DNA from: Nemertoderma westbladi
Lineage: Eukaryota; Animalia; Xenacoelomorpha
Direction of reading: 5' to 3'
Assembly: GCA_032718475.1 (NCBI GenBank)
Contig: JAUCBJ010008313.1
Coordinates: forward strand, 62,001 to 126,000
Length of the DNA: 64,000 nucleotides
Below are positions 58,406 through 64,000 of this stretch, in pieces; position 1 is the stretch's first letter, and each line of letters opens with the position of its first letter. The notes under the pieces were generated by a model. It was not told the origin of the DNA and searched no databases. It saw nothing but the letters and a program-made list of their open reading frames with translations. The translations under genes were made by a program, and so were the position numbers.

Positions 58406-61400
58406 CTAAGGTGCCCCTTCTAGTAGACAGCATTTCCCTACAGCTCTCCTGTAGGTTTTTCTGTCCTTCGCACCTATCTTGCCACCTATCCGCACCTCTA
58501 CCGATCGGACTCTTCCGTCCTCATCGGAGTAGGTGCCTACAACTCTCGCCAACCGCCACTGGTTGTTGATGATAGTATCATCCGTAACGATTACGAGATC
58601 TCCCTCTCTTAACTCCCTATTCGGCTTCCTCCATTTGCTTCTTTTGTGAAGCGTGGGTAGATATTCCTCAACCCACCTCCTCCAATACTCTGCGCTTATC
58701 GCTTTAGCGACTTTCCGACTCTGGCGGGAGTGTATGTCATCTGGATCTACACCCCGCATATCGATGGTCGCTGGCCTTTCCATTAGGAAATGGCTGGGCG
58801 TCAGCACATCTAGTGATTCAGGGTCATCATTCTCCGGATATAGCGGTCTGCTATTAATGATACCCTCACACTTCGCAAGTACTGTTCTCAAGACGTCCTC
58901 TGTGACCATATGGGTGTTCATTAACTTCGTCATGAGACGCTTCGAACTGCCCACCAGTCTCTCGATGCATCCTAGTGTATGTGGTGCATACGGCGTCCTT
59001 CTCTCCCACTTTACTTGTCGTCGTCTCATGGCTGCCCTGACTTCCTCCCCTTCCAAGATGTCCAAGGCCTCTGCCATCTCGTTCTCTGCTCCCACAAAGT
59101 TGGTTCCATTGTCGGAGTATATTACTGCGATCGTCCCACCTTTGCGGTCTCTAAACCTCTCTAAGGCATTAATGAATGCCGATGCGGTTGCATCTTGGGC
59201 GAGTTCTATCCCTACTGCCCGCGTGTTATTACATACGAAGATAATACCGTAGTTATCGGCCCGAACATGTCCACACCGCAATGCATAAATGGCGGGTCGT
59301 GCTGTCTTACCCTACTTGCTGGTAGTGGTGCCATCTCCTGTATGGCTCGCTCCTTCTTCGCTCGTCGGCAGGTCTGGCACTGCCCCACTACCGCCTTTAC
59401 CTTCTTCCTTAACTGTTTGACACAAAAGGTCCTCCGTATCTCCGTAAGGGTTCGGTTGGTGCCCCCGTGCAATATCGACTTGTGGGAGTCCCAGATAATC
59501 TGGTGGACTATTGGCGATCCTGTGGGGATGATGATGGGCTTCGGCGGTACAACGATGCTGTTGTTGTAGCCCACCCTAGAGTTCATTACTAGAATCCCGT
59601 CATCATTAAGTTGTGGCGACAGCGCGATCAACTCGCTGTCCAGTCGAAGATGCTGTTGCTTACCGACGCGTTCCACCTCGTCGCCGTAGCTCTTCCGTTG
59701 TTCATAGCGAATGACTGCTTTGGCCGCTCCTTCCAGATCTATGGTTGTCCTGATCTTCTTGCCTTTGCCAACTCCCGCGAGGAAATTCCCGAAGGCTCTC
59801 CAGTACGCCACTAATTTCTTGGTCTTATACCAACTAGAGCTGTATCTGAGGAGTTTATCCGTCGGGTTATCGCACAGTTCTTCTGGTTTAGGTTGCACGT
59901 CCCTTATCTCCCTCACCATCTGGGAGTATATCTCTTCTCCCTCTGAATCTCCCTCTTCTCCCTCTGATACTGCTTCTCCCGAGCCCGGGTCCACCTTTCT
60001 CATCGGCGGCCAGGCCTCCTTGTCGCTCAGAAACTGTGGCCCATGTTGCCACAATACTTCCTTCTTCAAGAAAGTGTGGCGTGCCACGCCCCTCGATAAC
60101 AAGACCGCTGGGTTCTCGTCCGTTGGGCAGTAGTGCCACCTTTCCAATTCTGTGGTCGCCCTTATTTCGTCCACCCTATTCGCGACGAATATAGGGTATC
60201 TCGTCCTTTCGTTATGTAGCCAACCAAGCACTACCATGGAATCCGTCCAGTAGTGTGTCTCCACTATGTTGGGAATAGTATCCACTAGGTAGGCTGTGGC
60301 CCTAACTCCTAGTCTGGCAGCTGTCAATTCTAGTTTGGGAACTGATGCTGAATCTGGCGGCGTTGACTTCGCTTTGCTAAAGGCCAGTCTGTGCTTGTGA
60401 GCCCCCTCTCATTGTACTAAATAGAGTGCCGCTCCGTATGCCTCCAACGACGCATCGGAGAACATGTGTAAGTCCAGATTCGTCATGTTCCCATCCGGGA
60501 AATACACTCGCGGCATGTTGTATGTTCCCATCTTCTCCAAACCTTCTGTCCACTTACACCACTGTTTCTTGATCTCCTCTGGTACCTCTACATCCCACTC
60601 ATCCTTCAGTTTGTATACTCTCTTGAGTATCTGTTTCCCCGTGACTAATAGTGGGGATGCTAGACCTATGGGATCGTATATTCTTGCTATGTATGACACA
60701 TAGCCTCTCTTCGTGTGGATGTCTGCGCCCTCCTGGCCAGCTGGTACTTCAGTTCATCTGTCTCTCTGTTCCACACGATTCCCAGTGCCTTCTGTTGAGA
60801 CTCTGTCCTCTTGTTCGCCATGTCCTGCCCTTTGGCCGTTGTGGGATTATCCATGGTCGATTCTGGTCTCTCGTCCCCTATTGCCTTGATAAATTCCTCC
60901 GAACTGGATTGGAATTTGGTCAGGTTAAAGCCGGATCCTTTTAGGATATCGCGAACCTCGCGCCCTGTGTCCAGTTTCTCCTTAACCGTATTTCCAGACT
61001 CCATTCCGTCGTCTACGTAGAAGCCGCGTCGAATCATATCGACAGCCCTAGTGCTGTATCTATCCTCCTTCCCCTTCACTGTATCTCTTACTGCCATAGT
61101 CGTCGTCAATGAAGACGACTTGGCTCCCATGTTCTGTACTATCATCTTGTACGTCGGTATTATCGACGGTTCTTCATCACCGTTGTACCATAAGAAGCGT
61201 TGACTGTCGCTATCTTCCTCTGTTACACGGACTTGGTTGAACATGCCTTCTATGTCACACGTGAAGGCTTGTTTCCCATTTCTAAATCTAAGTAGGACCT
61301 CTATCCCTGAGTTGTATATGTTCGGACCTTCTAGTAGATAGTCGTTTAAGCATTTTCCGTTGGTCTTTGCCGATGCGTCAACTACCACCGCAGTTTACCT

Positions 61401-64000
61401 TTCTTCGGGTCTAAAGCCACGTGGAGTGGTAGGTAATACGTCCTATCCGTGTTTGGTTCGTCGACCGGTAACTCCACGGCCCATCCTTTCTCGACGTACT
61501 TCTTAATTGTTCTGTGGATGTACTCATTCTTCTCGGGGCTCCGTTTTAGTGTCTGCTTCAACTTACGAAGCCTCGTGAGCACCATCCCTTTATTATCGGG
61601 CAATGGTAGCTTTGGTAGCTTCCATACCATCCCTATGGTATACCGCCCCTCATCGCATTTCATAGACTCCTCTAAGCTTTGTTGAGCCTGTTTGTCTTCC
61701 CCGATCCCGATCTCCTTTAATCCTTCAAAATCCTGTCTGAGCAGTCTCTTAAGCTGCTCCTCTGCTCTCTCATCACCCATTTCCTGCATAGTTCCCGCAA
61801 ACATGCATCCTGATGTCTCCGACATCCTAAATGGTATCTTGCTCTTGATTGGGCCACTCAGCGTCCACCCGAATGGTGTCAGTATCGCCACCGGGTCACA
61901 CTGCTTGTCTTCGCCGAAGACCATTTGCATTCTTTCGTGGGCCGTTGGGCAGTCCATTCCTACTATGATTGATACCTTCCTAACGTCCACCTCTGGGATT
62001 GAGAAGTCGATATCATCCAGAAATTTATATTGTTCGACCTCGATGATGGTTGGCCGTCTGGCATTGATGTTTATTGACTCTATCACTTGGATGGGGTCGA
62101 TGCTCGCCCCATAGTCGCATCCTGGTGCTATTGCTGCGATGGCGCACCGTCCGGTTCTCATCTCCAGGACCTCATCTTTGCTGGAGATGGTTGTTACCGT
62201 CATTCTACTCGGCCTCGTTCTCAATCCTATCTCTTCGGCCACCCAATCCTCGATTAATGTGAAGGCAGCTCCACTATCAACCAGCATCAGTGTGGTTACT
62301 GATCAATTGCCTTCTCCAATTACTCGCACTGGTACTACCCCAAGTAGCACCGTTCCTCTCTTCTTCACCCCTACCGTGCTCGTTACCATCGTTTGGCCTT
62401 TCCTTTGACCGAACTTGACCGGCGTCTCCTTGCATTGCCTAGCTCTATGTCCACTCATCACACATCGCGAGCAGATCTCATTTCTCGCCGCATATTCTAC
62501 CTGATCTTCCCTGGGTAGTGCTTGCCAGTACCTGCAGTTCATGGTTTGATGAAGCGCATTTGTATGTAGCTGGCATTTGCTCTTTGGGTTGTAGCCCTCC
62601 TTATGCAGTGCATTGCGTATCGCAGTTGCATTTGCACCAAAGTCCCTACTATTCTTGTTGTTTGGGTTCGGCCTACTGGGCGTACTAGGGTTATATTTAT
62701 TTGTGTTGTTATTATTCCCCTGTCCGTTCCATGGTGTGGTCTTACCTTCGGCTACCTGTGGACTTGCAGTCCCCTGCGTCGCTGCATATGGCAATGATTG
62801 CCTGAGCTTTGGTAATGCGTTTGACGTGTTGTGTTCTGGTTTCGGTCTATGGTAATCGGTTCTTGGTCCTTTTCCCAGGCTGTCCTCACTATAGACTGGG
62901 TCGGTTATTAGTTCAGCTTCGTAGTTTAAGAAGCTTGACATTTCTTCTAAACCTGGTTCCGCACCCTTCCTATCTCGAGTGGAGAAAGCGATTTTCCTCC
63001 ACTTGTTGCGCAGCCACATCAGTAGTGCCTGCGCTATCGTGGTGATGTTGTTGGACGCGTTGAGTTCGTATGGCGCGTCTAGCGTCTTTAACACGATTAG
63101 CGCCTTCTCGACCTTGTTCGCGAATGTCTTAATGCTAACGGGACTATCCTGTAGGCCACCCGATGTTATGCCTCTCAGGGTTTGCCAGATGATCTTGGCT
63201 GGGTGCACATATTCCCTGTCCAATGCCCGCCATGCCGTCGTGAAGCCACCCTCTATACCCTGGTATTGCCTCACGATGTCGTATGCTGGGCCTCCTGTGT
63301 ATACTTGGAGATATTTTAGGCACTCCGCCTGCGTCAAGTTCTTTGTTAGTATTTCGTTACTATACATGCGCCGAAACTGTAGATATTCTTCTGGCCTACT
63401 CCCATCGAATTTAAATGTTTCCACGGGTGGTAGCTCGATCCTTGTCTTTAGCGCATCGATTAACGTGGCCATTCCCATCGCCTGCACTTCCAATGGGTTC
63501 GATGGATGTTGTATAGTTTCTCCTGTTAGGTGCGGTCCGTCCGTCCTATTTCCTGTCTTCCTCTGGCTTAGGTATATCATTGGGGGTAGCGGCCCCCTCC
63601 ATATTTCTGTGTCGCATGACCTATTTCCATCCAAGGGGTTCGTTGTTCTTGCTCCTATTGGGGTATATTGTTGATATTGTGATGGGGGAATGTCACCCTG
63701 TCCCCCCCCCCCCCCCCCCCACCGGTATGTTTGGTACTGGGGTTGATGTTAATATATTGGGGCCCATGCACCTATCCGCAATAATTCCCCTCTCCCCTGG
63801 GTATATGTTATGTCCCTGCATGCTGTAGCCATACTGCTGTGCTGGTACCGGTATAGGCCTATCATCTTCTGGCCTACCTGCCGGTATGTACTCCGCGACT
63901 TCCGGGTTTAATTCCGTCGTCCGCGCTATCCTATCGCCTACATTATTCCTGTCAGCATGGCCTATGGTATGTGCAGTAAGGCCTACAGTATGTCCTACAG
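58406..64000 (-). pseudogene. Degenerate gag-pol of element C
   Basis: ORFs 62303-63634 (gag), 61382-62287 (LVDSGA protease), 60687-61388 (FYVDDG RT), 60409-60699 (FSDAS), and 59212-60327 plus 58406-59281 (integrase, YSDNGTNF), separated by frameshifts and stops. Confidence 0.93.

Larger units (their letters stand above)
35137..64000 (-). mobile_element. Bel/Pao LTR retrotransposon C (5' end beyond window), interrupted by element B
   Basis: gag-pol remnants at 58406-64000, accessory ORFs at 36403-38473, putative 3' LTR starting TGT at 35137. Flanks of B rejoin through TSD GTGGT. Confidence 0.8.

Overview
Gene-free eukaryotic (invertebrate-like) transposon pile, almost all on the minus strand. 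It contains five Bel/Pao LTR retrotransposon copies from three families. Element A (212-27016, internally deleted) splits an RTE-like LINE. Element D (8646-22239, TSD GTCTC, 2178-aa Gag-Pol nearly intact) is nested in the gag of A. Element C (35137 to beyond the window end) is interrupted by element B (38509-57077, TSD GTGGT, a relative of A). Element E (~27876-32832, + strand) is a truncated relative of C. There is also a CRE-like non-LTR 3' end and an orphan AT-rich ORF. Main observation: all three divergent Bel/Pao families carry an extra gene between pol and the 3' LTR, where env would sit. It encodes a WRN/EXD2/Mut-7-like DEDDy 3'-5' exonuclease fold followed by three CCHC-type zinc knuckles and a conserved tail. 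The same elements lack a TGG-type tRNA primer-binding site and have fold-back repeats there instead. They also carry arrays of covarying RNA hairpins: K-turn/UUCG units in the D LTR, and a loop-E hairpin shared between the D LTR and the exonuclease ORF. All calls are by eye; no database searches or folding programs were run.
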